Assembly: GCA_041741455.1 (NCBI GenBank)
Contig: JBGSJZ010000099.1
Location: 64,870-128,869, forward strand
Source: Anaerolineaceae bacterium
Lineage (GTDB): Bacteria; Chloroflexota; Anaerolineae; Anaerolineales; Anaerolineaceae
Direction of reading: 5' to 3'
Length of the DNA: 64,000 nucleotides
Shown here: positions 1-9,154 of the stretch, piece after piece
Layout of the letters: the number at the start of each line of letters is the position of its first letter
How positions within the stretch are numbered: the first letter of the stretch is position 1
Notes under the pieces: generated by a model
Database searches by the model: none
Seen by the model: the letters and a program-made list of their open reading frames with translations, nothing else
Told to the model about the DNA's origin: nothing
Made by a program: the position numbers and the translations under genes

Positions 1-77
1 GAGTGCTAGGCCCTGGCATTCGAGTGGGTGATGTTAGCACTTTTCTAGGTTTCAATTCCATTCAGCAGGCATGAATG

Positions 78-95
78 CCTGTATAATTTACCAGA
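78..95 (+). promoter_or_regulatory. Candidate sigma-70-type -10 element (CCTGTATAAT) placing the TSS at or next to the ATG of the first gene (leaderless)
   Basis: TGTATAAT at 80-87. ATG at 96 lies inside CAGAATG. No SD sequence is present. Confidence 0.3.
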
Positions 96-1589
96 ATGAA
101 AACCACCATCATCCAGCTCGAAGCGCATGACGATGTCATCACCGTCCGGGACCGCCTGGCCTGGGCAAAATCCGCGCGGGTGGTGCTAATCTGGCCGGAT
201 GAAGGGCGGATATTGACCCGGTTGCTCGACTTGGTGTTGATACAACGCACCGGAAGGCAGCAAAACCAGCAAATTGGATTGGTTACCCACGATCCGGAAG
301 TGTTGGAACACGCCCGGGAGCTGGGGATCCCGGTGTTTCGCAACCAGAAACGAGCACTGCGGGGGATCTGGCGGCGCAAGCCGCAACGAATGCGCCTGTT
401 GCGCCCTCGCCGAAGTTTTCGCCCACCATCCGAGGAATTACGCAAAATTCTGCCGGACAGAACCTATCGCCCGATTCCTGGCATGGTGCGCATCTTCATA
501 TTTTCCCTGGCATTCCTAGCGGTGATCTTCCTGATCCTGTTTTTGATGCCTGCAGCGACCATTTACCTTCCGTTGGAGAAGACCAGCCAAGAGATGGTGG
601 TATCAATTCGGTTGAGCCCGGAATTAAGCGGGATAACCCTGGCGGGTGGCGTGCCGGTTCGTTTGGAAACAGTCGTGATCGAGGAAGAGGGTGAAATCTC
701 CAGCACTGGCCGGGTAAGCTTGCCGGATCAAACGGCCAAGGGTGAAGTAGTTTTCACAAATCTAACAGATGCCGCAGTGGCCATTCCCAAAGGGACAGTG
801 GTTTTGACAACCGGTCCTGAATCAATACGCTACCTGACCTTGCAACCAACGAACCTGGTTGGTGGAACGGGTCAAACAGTGAGCGTGGGCGTCGCGGCGG
901 CACAGGCAGGAAAGGTTGGAAATGCAACTGCCGGGAGCATTCAGGCGGTTGAGGGAGCGATTGGATTGCAGGTCAGGGTGGATAACCCGCAGCCAGTCAA
1001 CGGGGGAAGTGACAGAAGCCAGGTTTCGCCATCTGCAGCGGACGAAGCCAAACTGCGTCAGCAAATGAGCGAAAAGATGGTGAAGAAAGCAGCCGAATGG
1101 CTGAGAGGCATCTATGTGGAAGGTGCATACACCATTGAACCATCGATCACACAGAATAAAGTGCTGGAAGTGGAACGATTTCCGGCCGAAGGCCAACCAA
1201 GTGAGAGCTTAAAGCTGCACCTGAAGGTGGAATATCAGGGCTGGGTGGTGATGGGTGAAGACTTGCGAGCAGTGGCTAAAAATATGCTGGATGCCAACCT
1301 GCCTCAAGGCATGGTTGGGGTGGAAGATACGATTTTGTTGATATTCGGAGACACCTACACTCCCGAGGAAAACGGTTTACGTTGGAGCTTGACGGCCAAA
1401 CGGCAGATCGAACCAATTTTGGAAAAGGAGCAAGTTATCGAACAAGTACTTGGGAGACCGCGACAGCAGGTCCTGGCGATTCTAAGACAACAATTCTTGC
1501 TGAGGGCTGAACCTACCATCCTGATCTCGCCGGGTTGGTGGCCCTGGCTGCCAGTAATTGAATCGCAAATCCGGGTGGAGGTGCAATGA
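96..1589 (+). CDS. Membrane-anchored protein with baseplate J (gp47/JayE)-like domain; function unknown
   Basis: 497 aa ORF. One hydrophobic helix (MVRIFIFSLAFLAVIFLILFLM). Central segment AAQAGKVGNATAGSIQAVEGAIGLQVRVDNPQPVNGGSD matches the conserved glycine-rich core of Baseplate_J-family proteins. Its TGA stop overlaps the ruvX ATG (ATGA). Confidence 0.45.
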   Translation: MKTTIIQLEAHDDVITVRDRLAWAKSARVVLIWPDEGRILTRLLDLVLIQRTGRQQNQQIGLVTHDPEVLEHARELGIPVFRNQKRALRGIWRRKPQRMRLLRPRRSFRPPSEELRKILPDRTYRPIPGMVRIFIFSLAFLAVIFLILFLMPAATIYLPLEKTSQEMVVSIRLSPELSGITLAGGVPVRLETVVIEEEGEISSTGRVSLPDQTAKGEVVFTNLTDAAVAIPKGTVVLTTGPESIRYLTLQPTNLVGGTGQTVSVGVAAAQAGKVGNATAGSIQAVEGAIGLQVRVDNPQPVNGGSDRSQVSPSAADEAKLRQQMSEKMVKKAAEWLRGIYVEGAYTIEPSITQNKVLEVERFPAEGQPSESLKLHLKVEYQGWVVMGEDLRAVAKNMLDANLPQGMVGVEDTILLIFGDTYTPEENGLRWSLTAKRQIEPILEKEQVIEQVLGRPRQQVLAILRQQFLLRAEPTILISPGWWPWLPVIESQIRVEVQ

Positions 1590-2008
1590 ACGGTCGGGTT
1601 CTGGCAGTGGATCCGGGCGACCAACGTATCGGCCTGGCGATCAGTGATCCTAGCCGGGCGATTGCCAATCCGTTGCGGGTTATTCAGCATGTGGCACGTA
1701 AGGTGGATGCAGCCTTGATCGCCCAGATAGCGTCAGAAGAAGGGGTGATAATAATTGTCGTCGGCCAACCACTGGACGATGAAGGGGAGATTGGCCCGGC
1801 CGCCCGAAAGGCTGGCCGGTTGGCGGAAGCCATCCGGGGACAGACTGAATGTCCGGTCGAACTGTGGGATGAGAGTCTGAGTACGCAAGATGCGTTGCAC
1901 GCCCGGCGGGTGATGGGCGCCAGTCGGGAGAAACGCAGCGGTCACCTGGACGAACTGGCGGCCACGGTGTTATTACAATCTTATTTAGATGCGCATAGCC
2001 AATCATAA
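1586..2008 (+). CDS. ruvX: Holliday junction resolvase-like protein RuvX/YqgF
   Basis: 140 aa. N-terminus VLAVDPGDQRIGLAISD is the canonical YqgF/RuvX RNase H-fold motif. ATGA overlap with the upstream gene. Confidence 0.9.
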   Translation: MNGRVLAVDPGDQRIGLAISDPSRAIANPLRVIQHVARKVDAALIAQIASEEGVIIIVVGQPLDDEGEIGPAARKAGRLAEAIRGQTECPVELWDESLSTQDALHARRVMGASREKRSGHLDELAATVLLQSYLDAHSQS

Positions 2009-2023
2009 AAAAGTAAAGGTTCG

Positions 2024-3163
2024 ATGAGCAAACGTCGTAGTTCTGGCATAAAAGGGTGTATTATTTTACTACTGGCTGTAGCCTGCCTGGTGCTCGCTTC
2101 TGTCGGCTGGGCAGCCAGTGATTTGCCTCGTTGGGCGTCTCAAAATTTTGGCTCACCCAGCACCCGGCATGGCTGGGGGATGCGGGTCGTTTTATCCGTC
2201 CAACTTTACCTCCAACGCTACGACCTAAACCAACCACTGAACGCCTTGGGGGTTGATCAGGATTTTGAGGTAGGCCTGGGTGAATCCCCTATTCAGGTTG
2301 CAGAAAGGCTGGAGCAGGAAGGTTTGATCCGCAATGCAGAAGCTTTTCGGATTTACCTGGTGTATTCAGGGCTGGATATCTCCCTGCAAGCAGGAAAATT
2401 CAAACTTAGTCCAGCCTGGAGCGCAGTACAAATAGCCCAACAAATGCAGGATGCCACACCAACTGAAGTTGCCTTCCGTTTGATCGCCGGCTGGCGTTTG
2501 GAGGAGGTGGCTGCGGCTTTACCGGTCAATGGAGTGCAGATTGACCCGCAAGAGTTTATCCAGGCAGCCAGGAATCCGGTAGGCCTGGGGCTGACAGCCG
2601 ATTGGCCGGAAGGTATCAGCTTGGAAGGATATTTATTTCCAGATACCTACCAGATTCAACGTGAGACCAGCGTCGAGGAAGTACTGAACCTGTTTCTCTC
2701 CCGCTTTTTCGAACAGGTATCTGCTGAACTGAGGGAAGGTTTCAACCGGCAAGGCCTGAACCTGTCCCAGGCTGTGACGCTAGCCTCGATTGTCCAGCGC
2801 GAAGCAGTCGTGCCGGATGAGATGCCGATGATCGCCTCTGTTTTCTATAACCGCCTGGCGATCAATATGAAGCTGGATAGCGACCCAACTGTGCAATACG
2901 CCCTGGGTTACCAGAATGGTCGCGGCGGTTGGTGGACTAATCCGCTCAGTCTGGCTGATTTACAGGTGGATTCTCCATATAATACTTATATCTATCGAGA
3001 TTTACCGCCGGGGCCGATTGCCAGCCCGTCCCTATCTGCCATGCAGGCAGTGGCGCAACCAGCCCAGACTCCCTATTACTACTTTCGTGCTGCGTGTGAT
3101 GGCAGTGGGTTGCATAATTTTGCCCAAACCTTTGAAGAACAGGTTCAAAATGCCTGTCCGTAA
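2024..3163 (+). CDS. mltG: Endolytic murein transglycosylase MltG (YceG family)
   Basis: 379 aa with N-terminal TM helix followed by a YceG-like domain. Conserved ruvX-mltG gene order. Confidence 0.85.
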   Translation: MSKRRSSGIKGCIILLLAVACLVLASVGWAASDLPRWASQNFGSPSTRHGWGMRVVLSVQLYLQRYDLNQPLNALGVDQDFEVGLGESPIQVAERLEQEGLIRNAEAFRIYLVYSGLDISLQAGKFKLSPAWSAVQIAQQMQDATPTEVAFRLIAGWRLEEVAAALPVNGVQIDPQEFIQAARNPVGLGLTADWPEGISLEGYLFPDTYQIQRETSVEEVLNLFLSRFFEQVSAELREGFNRQGLNLSQAVTLASIVQREAVVPDEMPMIASVFYNRLAINMKLDSDPTVQYALGYQNGRGGWWTNPLSLADLQVDSPYNTYIYRDLPPGPIASPSLSAMQAVAQPAQTPYYYFRAACDGSGLHNFAQTFEEQVQNACP

Positions 3164-3181
3164 GGTCAAGCTGAAGGAGGA

Positions 3182-3940
3182 ATGATGATCGTACTTGGTG
3201 TGGATTTCGGCGGATCTGGTATCAAGGGGGGGGTGGTGGATATCGACAGGGGTGAACTCATCCAGCCACGCATACGCATCCCCACCCCGGATGGCGCTAA
3301 GCCCAAGGATGTGGCTGGCGTGGTGGGTGAAATCTGCCGGGGATTTGGCTACCAGGGTCCGGCAGGAGGCACCATCCCCGGAGTGGTGCAACATGGCGTA
3401 GTGATGACTGCAGCCAACATCGATGAGGGTTGGGTGGGTAAAAATGCTGAGCGATTGTTTTCCCAGGCAAGTGGTTGTGATTTCTACGCCGTCAATGACG
3501 CGGATGCGGCCGGATTGGCGGAAATCCGCTTCGGTGTTGGTAAGGAACATCCTGGACAAGTGATCCTGATGATCACCCTCGGCACCGGGATTGGCTCAGC
3601 CTTGTTTGTGGATGGTCGCCTGGTGCCTAACCTGGAATTGGGCCACTTGAAGGTGCGCGAGAAGGATGCTGAGAAGCGCGCCTCAGATGCCGCCCGGCAA
3701 AAAAAGGAAATGACCTGGCCAGTCTATGCAGAGGTCCTGGATGAAGTACTAAGAGAGATTGAGGCCTTGATCTGGCCGGATGTAATCGTGATTGGCGGTG
3801 GGATCAGCAAAGAGGGTGAGAAATATATCCCGTTGTTGAAGCGAAGGGCAAAAGTGGTTCCGGCTCAGTTGTTGAACCAGGCCGGAATCATCGGTGCAGC
3901 CTTGTATGCTTATGAAATGGATCGGAGCGGGAAGATCTAA
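3182..3940 (+). CDS. ROK-family glucokinase, polyphosphate glucokinase-like
   Basis: 252 aa. N-terminus LGVDFGGSGIKGG is the ROK/actin-fold ATPase phosphate-1 motif. Size matches short polyphosphate/ATP glucokinases. AAGGAGG RBS upstream. Confidence 0.7.
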   Translation: MMIVLGVDFGGSGIKGGVVDIDRGELIQPRIRIPTPDGAKPKDVAGVVGEICRGFGYQGPAGGTIPGVVQHGVVMTAANIDEGWVGKNAERLFSQASGCDFYAVNDADAAGLAEIRFGVGKEHPGQVILMITLGTGIGSALFVDGRLVPNLELGHLKVREKDAEKRASDAARQKKEMTWPVYAEVLDEVLREIEALIWPDVIVIGGGISKEGEKYIPLLKRRAKVVPAQLLNQAGIIGAALYAYEMDRSGKI

Positions 3941-3965
3941 ATCTGTTCATTAACAATCTTTCAAT

Positions 3966-4004
3966 CGCCTTCGGTGCACCTGGCAGGTGGTCGAGGGCTT
4001 TTTT
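3966..4004 (+). terminator. Candidate rho-independent terminator downstream of the glucokinase gene
   Basis: Imperfect GC-rich stem (gccttcggtgcacc...ggtggtcgagggc) followed by tttttt. Confidence 0.35.
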
Positions 4005-4041
4005 ACTTCACCCTAAAGACCAACATCGTTAATTGAACAAA

Positions 4042-4064
4042 GGGGTGGGTGATTGGCCCACCCC
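4042..4064 (-). terminator. Hairpin downstream of the ferredoxin gene
   Basis: GGGGTGGG-7nt-CCCACCCC perfect 8-bp stem. A weak T-rich tract follows on the minus strand. Confidence 0.4.
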
Positions 4065-4109
4065 ATGAAGTTGGTGTGATGTTTTATGAATGGTGAACAG
4101 TAGAAAAGG

Positions 4110-4517
4110 TTATGCGGCGTTGTAGCCGGGACCTTTTTTGAAGAAATCTAGATTGGCTGCGGTATCCGGAGATAGATCTACGACCTCACCAGCTGCCAGT
4201 TTGCGAACCCCTTCCAAATGAACATCCTCGTCATCATGGTTCTTGCCATCGTAGACCTCGGCGTAACCAGGGGTGCCAACTGGCTGGGAAAGGAATTCAC
4301 CACCTTTGGCTTTATAGGCGGCCGGAACTTCATCTTCCGGAAAAATGGCTGCCCAGGGGCATTCCGGAACACAGGCACCGCAGTCGATGCAAGTATCGGC
4401 GTCGATGTAGTACCACGGCCATTGGTCAACAGGTTTGCCAGGGACAATACATTCGACGGGGCAAACCGTAGCGCAACCACCATCGCGCAGACAGAGACTG
4501 GTAATTACGTGGGTCAT
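4110..4517 (-). CDS. Ferredoxin, 7Fe (3Fe-4S/4Fe-4S) type with C-terminal extension
   Basis: 135 aa. Spacing CxxxC(A)TVCPVEC ... CIDCGACVPECP is typical of FdxA-type ferredoxins. AGGAGG RBS. Confidence 0.85.
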   Translation of the reverse strand: MTHVITSLCLRDGGCATVCPVECIVPGKPVDQWPWYYIDADTCIDCGACVPECPWAAIFPEDEVPAAYKAKGGEFLSQPVGTPGYAEVYDGKNHDDEDVHLEGVRKLAAGEVVDLSPDTAANLDFFKKGPGYNAA

Positions 4518-4541
4518 AGATTCCTCCTGAAAAAAATAAAT

Positions 4542-5153
4542 TTAGCGACCTTCCAAAAAACGCCGCTCGGCCTCCTCCCAGTTTACCACTTTCCACCAAT
4601 TTGTGAGATATTCGTTGCGGCGGTTTTGATAGCGCAGGTAGTAGGCATGTTCCCAAACATCCACGCCAAGCACGGGGAATAAACCTTCAGCCAGCGGAGT
4701 ATCCTGGTTGGGAGTGGAGTGCACCACCAGGGAGCGATCCGACTTGATACTCAACCAAGCCCAACCACTACCAAAGCGGGTCAGGCCGGCCTTTTCGATT
4801 TCTGCCTTGAGGGCATCAAAGGAACCGAAGGTGAGATCTATGGCGGCTGCCAATTTACCGAGAGGGGTCGGGCTGCTTTTGGATGTCATGATCGACCAAT
4901 AGAGGATGTGGTTGTAAAAGCCGCCACCGTTGTTGCGGACCGAGGTGCGGATATCCTCGGGGACCTGAGTAAGATCGGCCAGGATCTTTTCAATCGGCAA
5001 GTTAAAGAACTGGGGATATTTTTCGAAGGCGGTATTGAGGTTTTTCAGATAGGCCGCGTGATGCTTGGTATAATGGATTTCCACGGTCTGGGCGTCAATG
5101 GCTGCTTCCAGGGCGTCAAATCCATAAGGCAGCTCGGGTAATTGGAATAACAT
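4542..5153 (-). CDS. sodA: Fe/Mn superoxide dismutase
   Basis: 203 aa. N-terminus LPELPYGFDALE, HYTKHH and DVWEHAYYL motifs are diagnostic for the Fe/Mn SOD family. Confidence 0.92.
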   Translation of the reverse strand: MLFQLPELPYGFDALEAAIDAQTVEIHYTKHHAAYLKNLNTAFEKYPQFFNLPIEKILADLTQVPEDIRTSVRNNGGGFYNHILYWSIMTSKSSPTPLGKLAAAIDLTFGSFDALKAEIEKAGLTRFGSGWAWLSIKSDRSLVVHSTPNQDTPLAEGLFPVLGVDVWEHAYYLRYQNRRNEYLTNWWKVVNWEEAERRFLEGR

Positions 5154-5267
5154 GCTGGACTCCTTTATTATGTTGTAAATTCAGATCCGCTTTTCAAGTG
5201 CAGACTGAGTTGATATTTGAGATCTTTATTGTAATAAATCCGATAAATTTTGTCAAATTAGGAGCTT

Positions 5268-6206
5268 ATGCTAAGCGATCATTCTACACCAAACCATATT
5301 CAATCCCGGCCGTTGTTGGTGGTATTGTTGGGCATCCTGGCAGTTTCGACGGCATCCATTTTCATCCGGCAGGCGCAGCAGGAAGCGCCTTCACTGGTGG
5401 TGGCGGCATACCGACTGGGCTTGGCCACGCTAGTCTTGATTCCATTTTCTTTCAGGAACCGCAAAGAAATTTTGGCATTCAGCAAGAAGCAATGGCTATT
5501 GGCGCTGGGGGCAGGTGGCATCCTGGCGCTGCACTTCGCCAGTTGGATCACCTCGCTGGAGTACACCTCGATTGCCAGTTCGGTGGTACTGGTGACAACC
5601 ACACCCTTGTGGGTGGCGTTGTTTTCCCCGCTGTTCCTCAAGGAACGGCTTAATCGGGCAGCAGTGTTCGGGTTGGCGGTGGCCCTGGTGGGCGGTACGG
5701 TGGTTGGATTGAGCGAGGCTTGCAGCCTGAGCAATGCCAGGTTGGAGTGCAGCGGCCTGCTGGGTTTCTGGGGTGGGCGGGCAGCGCTGGGCAACTTCCT
5801 GGCCTTGTTTGGGGCCTGGATGGCAGCCGGCTACATGATGATCGGCCGGCGCTTGCGACCGGGGTTGTCTCTGGTTTCGTACGTGTTTGTAGTATATGGA
5901 GTGGCGGCGCTGGTTCTGCTGGGTTTGGTGGGGATCACCGGACACCGGCTGATTGGATACGCACCGATGACTTACTTTTGGTTTAGCGCTCTGGCAGTCA
6001 TTCCGCAACTGATCGGCCACTCTTCACTAAATTGGGCATTGCGTTACTTACCAGCTTCATTCGTTTCAGTCTCTTTACTGGGTGAACCGATTGGCTCGGT
6101 TATCCTGGCATTCATCTTCCTGGCAGAATCGCCAACCGGGATGGAATTGGCAGGCGGGGTTTTAATCTTGGTGGGGATATTCCTGGCGTCGAGGAATCAG
6201 GGATAA
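5268..6206 (+). CDS. EamA/DMT-superfamily transporter
   Basis: 312 aa with about 10 TM segments in two EamA-like halves. Confidence 0.7.
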   Translation: MLSDHSTPNHIQSRPLLVVLLGILAVSTASIFIRQAQQEAPSLVVAAYRLGLATLVLIPFSFRNRKEILAFSKKQWLLALGAGGILALHFASWITSLEYTSIASSVVLVTTTPLWVALFSPLFLKERLNRAAVFGLAVALVGGTVVGLSEACSLSNARLECSGLLGFWGGRAALGNFLALFGAWMAAGYMMIGRRLRPGLSLVSYVFVVYGVAALVLLGLVGITGHRLIGYAPMTYFWFSALAVIPQLIGHSSLNWALRYLPASFVSVSLLGEPIGSVILAFIFLAESPTGMELAGGVLILVGIFLASRNQG

Positions 6207-6343
6207 ACAATAATCCACTGAAGATACAGATGAACATAGATAGAACAGCATAATATCTTTCAAAATCAGTTATTTCTGAGATCAGTTTGGAGTAGGGGGA
6301 ATCCGATAAATTTACCAGGCGTTTTATTCGTGAATTAAAAAAA

Positions 6344-6371
6344 GGTGCAAGGTCTTTTTGCGCCTTGCACC
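6344..6371. terminator. Bidirectional rho-independent terminator between the EamA gene and malQ
   Basis: aaaaaaaGGTGCAAGG-tctttttgcg-CCTTGCACCttttttt: perfect 9-bp stem flanked by an A-tract and a T-tract. Confidence 0.6.
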
Positions 6372-6387
6372 TTTTTTTATCTGAGGA

Positions 6388-7910
6388 TTAGTCGTCCAGA
6401 GGTGGATCGACCAGGCCAGGCAAGCGGCGGTAGAGGAAGTTTATCTCCTTCAGCCGAGCTTTGAGGTCGTCGGTCAGGCAGCCGGGGGGCATGCGCCAGG
6501 CCCAATTGCCAGATGGCCGGCCGGGGAAGTTCATACGGGCTTCACCGGATAGGCTGAGCAGGTCCTGCATTGGAGTACCAGCAATCACCGCTACGGATGA
6601 CCAAATCGCGCGGATCATATCCCAAGCGATATCCTCACCAGAACGACCCAGGTAGCGGCGGCAGAAGTCACGTTCAGCTTCAGGGGCAGTAAGATACCAA
6701 CCGATGGTGGTGTCGTTGTCGTGAGTCCCAGTATAGGCTACGCAGTTCTGGGGATAGTTGTGCGGCAGGAAAGGTTCGGTTGAATCTGCGCCAAAGGAGA
6801 ATTGCAGGATCTTCATGCCGGGGAAGCCAAAGGAATCGCGGATATCCAGCACATCGGCAGTGATGCGGCCTAGGTCCTCGGCGATAATGGGTAGCTCACC
6901 CAGGGCTTTTTGCAATGCGGTAAAGAGCTGCTTGCCGGGGCCGGGCACCCAGCGGCCGAATTCAGCAGTCGGCAGGTGAGCGGGCACCTCCCAGTAGGCG
7001 GCAAAGCCGCGGAAGTGGTCCAGGCGAATCAGGTCGAAAAGGCCAAGGGCGGATTTCATGCGGGAGATCCACCAGGCGTAACCGGTCTTCTTGTGAATAC
7101 TCCAACGATAAAGCGGGTTGCCCCAGCGTTGGCCGGTGGGAGAGAAGTAATCCGGGGGGACACCAGCAATAACAGTAGGCTGACCCTTGGTGTTGATAAA
7201 GAAAAGCTCTGGATGGCTCCAGGCATCGGCTGAGTCGTAGGCTACAAAGATCGGTACATCTCCGAAGATCTGGATACCTTTCTGGTTGGCATAGGTTTTG
7301 AGGGCTTTCCACTGGCGGTAGAATAGGAACTGGCGCAACTTGTGGTTGAGAATCTCTGCTGCATGGGCTTGCTTGAATTCTTCCAGCGCCTGAGGCTCGC
7401 GCTTGCGCATGGGCAGGGGCCAGTTACCCCAGGAACCACCGCCCAGATCTTCCTTGATGGCCATGAAGAGGGCAAAATCATCCAGCCATTCAGCTTCCTG
7501 TTGCTGGAAGGTAATAAACTCAGCCTTGAGTTTGGCTGGAGCGGATTTACCAAAGCGGGCTACAGCGCGGTTGAGTACGGTCAATTTCCAGTTGATGACA
7601 GGTCCAAAGTCCACAGATTCCACCGGGAATTGTGGTCGATCAGCCAGATCAGTGCGGCTAAGCAGACCTTCATCCAGCAGGAGAGCCGGGCTGATCAGGA
7701 AGGGATTACCGGCAAAGGCCGAAAAGCACTGGTAAGGGGAATCACCGTAGCCAGTCGGGCCAAGGGGGAGCACCTGCCAGATGGTGACTCCGGATTCAGA
7801 TAGGAAGTTGACCCAGCGGTAGGCTTCTGGACCGAGATCGCCGATGCCATCCGGTCCGGGCAAACTGGTGGGATGCAGAATGACGCAAGCGGAACGATTA
7901 AATTTCATAC
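6388..7910 (-). CDS. malQ: 4-alpha-glucanotransferase (amylomaltase)
   Basis: N-terminus RSACVILHPTSLPGPDGIGDLGPEAYRWVNFL and GWYLTAPE motifs (GH77). Start trimmed from the tool ORF (8043) to the ATG at 7910 (MKFNRS), which overlaps the glgC 3' end by only 13 nt. Confidence 0.85.
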
Positions 7911-9154
7911 GGTAATCTCCTGGTATAAACGGTCTCCTGTCCGCCGACGCGGGAAGAGGCGAAATCGGATGAGATGACATCCGTGAAAACCACCCCGCCT
8001 GGGTCGATGACCAAATTGGGTGGCAGGATGGAATTTTTCCCAACCATGGATATCTTCAGCTCAGCGCCCTCACAACTTCCAATGTGGGTGTTTTCAGCCA
8101 CCTTGACTCGCTTATCCAGGATAGATCGCTCCACAAAGCAATTGCTTTCCAGAAGTGTGTCGGTCAGGATGATTGATTCACATACATTGGTTCCGGCACG
8201 GACTACAACCCCCGGGGAGAGAATGGAACGGATCACACGAGCGCCGGGTTCAATGACGCAGCCATCACAGATGAGAGAATCCTCCACGGTGGCTCCACGG
8301 GCAACCAGCACAGGTGGGCGCTCCTCCGTTCGGGTGTGGATAATCCATGACCGGTTATTCATATTCATCGGTGGCGGTGATTGGAGCAACTCCATGTGTG
8401 CTTGCCAGTAGGAAGCCGTGGTGCCTACATCCACCCAGTAACCAGTGTACGGATATGCATAAACCTTTCCGCCATTATTAATCAAATTTGGTATGATGTT
8501 TTTTCCAAAATCATGATTGGAGGAGTGATTCTGATGGTCTTCCCACAACATCCGGTCAAGTAGCGACCTTGTGAAAACGTAGACACCCATGTTGACCAGG
8601 TTGGAAGGTGGATTGGCTGGTTTTTCAACAAAGGAAGTAACCCGCCAATCCTGTCCGACACCAACAATTCCGAATCGCGAGGCTTCCTCTAACGGCACCT
8701 GGATGACAGCCATGGTCAGGTCAGCCTGGTGCTCCGTATGGAATTGGATCATCGGTTCATAGTTCATCGAATAGACATGGTCGCCAGAAAGGATCAAGAT
8801 CAAATCTGGATCACCACGCTTGATGAAGGAAAAATTTTGTTGGACAGCATCTGCTGTACCGACAAACCAATCCGAGGAGCGAGCCTTGTAGGGGGTATAG
8901 ATCCGCACACCACCGGTAAAATCCCGGTTAAGGTCCCACGGACCACCAGCGCCGATGTGCTCGATCAGTGAGTGCGGGCGGTACTGGGCGATGATCATCA
9001 AGTCGAAGATATTCGAGTTGACGCAGTTGGAGAGCGGAAAATCAATGATGCGGTATTTTCCGGCAAATGGGACGGCAGGTTTGGTGCGCTTTGCCGTCAA
9101 CACACCGAGTCGGGTGCCTTCACCACCGGCGAGAATAATAGCACGTGTTTTCAT
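7898..9154 (-). CDS. glgC: Glucose-1-phosphate adenylyltransferase
   Basis: 418 aa. N-terminus [40 protein letters not shown] plus C-terminal left-handed beta-helix repeats. AGGAGG RBS. Confidence 0.92.
   Translation of the reverse strand: MKTRAIILAGGEGTRLGVLTAKRTKPAVPFAGKYRIIDFPLSNCVNSNIFDLMIIAQYRPHSLIEHIGAGGPWDLNRDFTGGVRIYTPYKARSSDWFVGTADAVQQNFSFIKRGDPDLILILSGDHVYSMNYEPMIQFHTEHQADLTMAVIQVPLEEASRFGIVGVGQDWRVTSFVEKPANPPSNLVNMGVYVFTRSLLDRMLWEDHQNHSSNHDFGKNIIPNLINNGGKVYAYPYTGYWVDVGTTASYWQAHMELLQSPPPMNMNNRSWIIHTRTEERPPVLVARGATVEDSLICDGCVIEPGARVIRSILSPGVVVRAGTNVCESIILTDTLLESNCFVERSILDKRVKVAENTHIGSCEGAELKISMVGKNSILPPNLVIDPGGVVFTDVISSDFASSRVGGQETVYTRRLPYEI

Noticed and set aside
274-519. Numerous 60-170-aa ORFs on the opposite strand or alternative frames inside strong genes (e.g. 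274-519, 822-1196, 3032-3559, 4719-5141, 5496-6020, 6910-7233, 19732-20223, 38867-39439, 41900-42406, 47919-48161, 49305-49637)
   Set aside because: Each lies wholly within a CDS with clear family-level identity. They are typical shadow ORFs of GC-rich coding DNA with no RBS or conserved motifs.
7911-8043. N-terminal extensions of tool ORFs for malQ, glgA, hpf, fadD-like, MCM, GNAT, REC, ABC ATPase, FmdB, yraN and XRE-cupin
   Set aside because: The conserved family N-termini begin at internal ATGs that carry SD-like sequences. The longer versions would overlap upstream genes extensively. Starts were trimmed accordingly.
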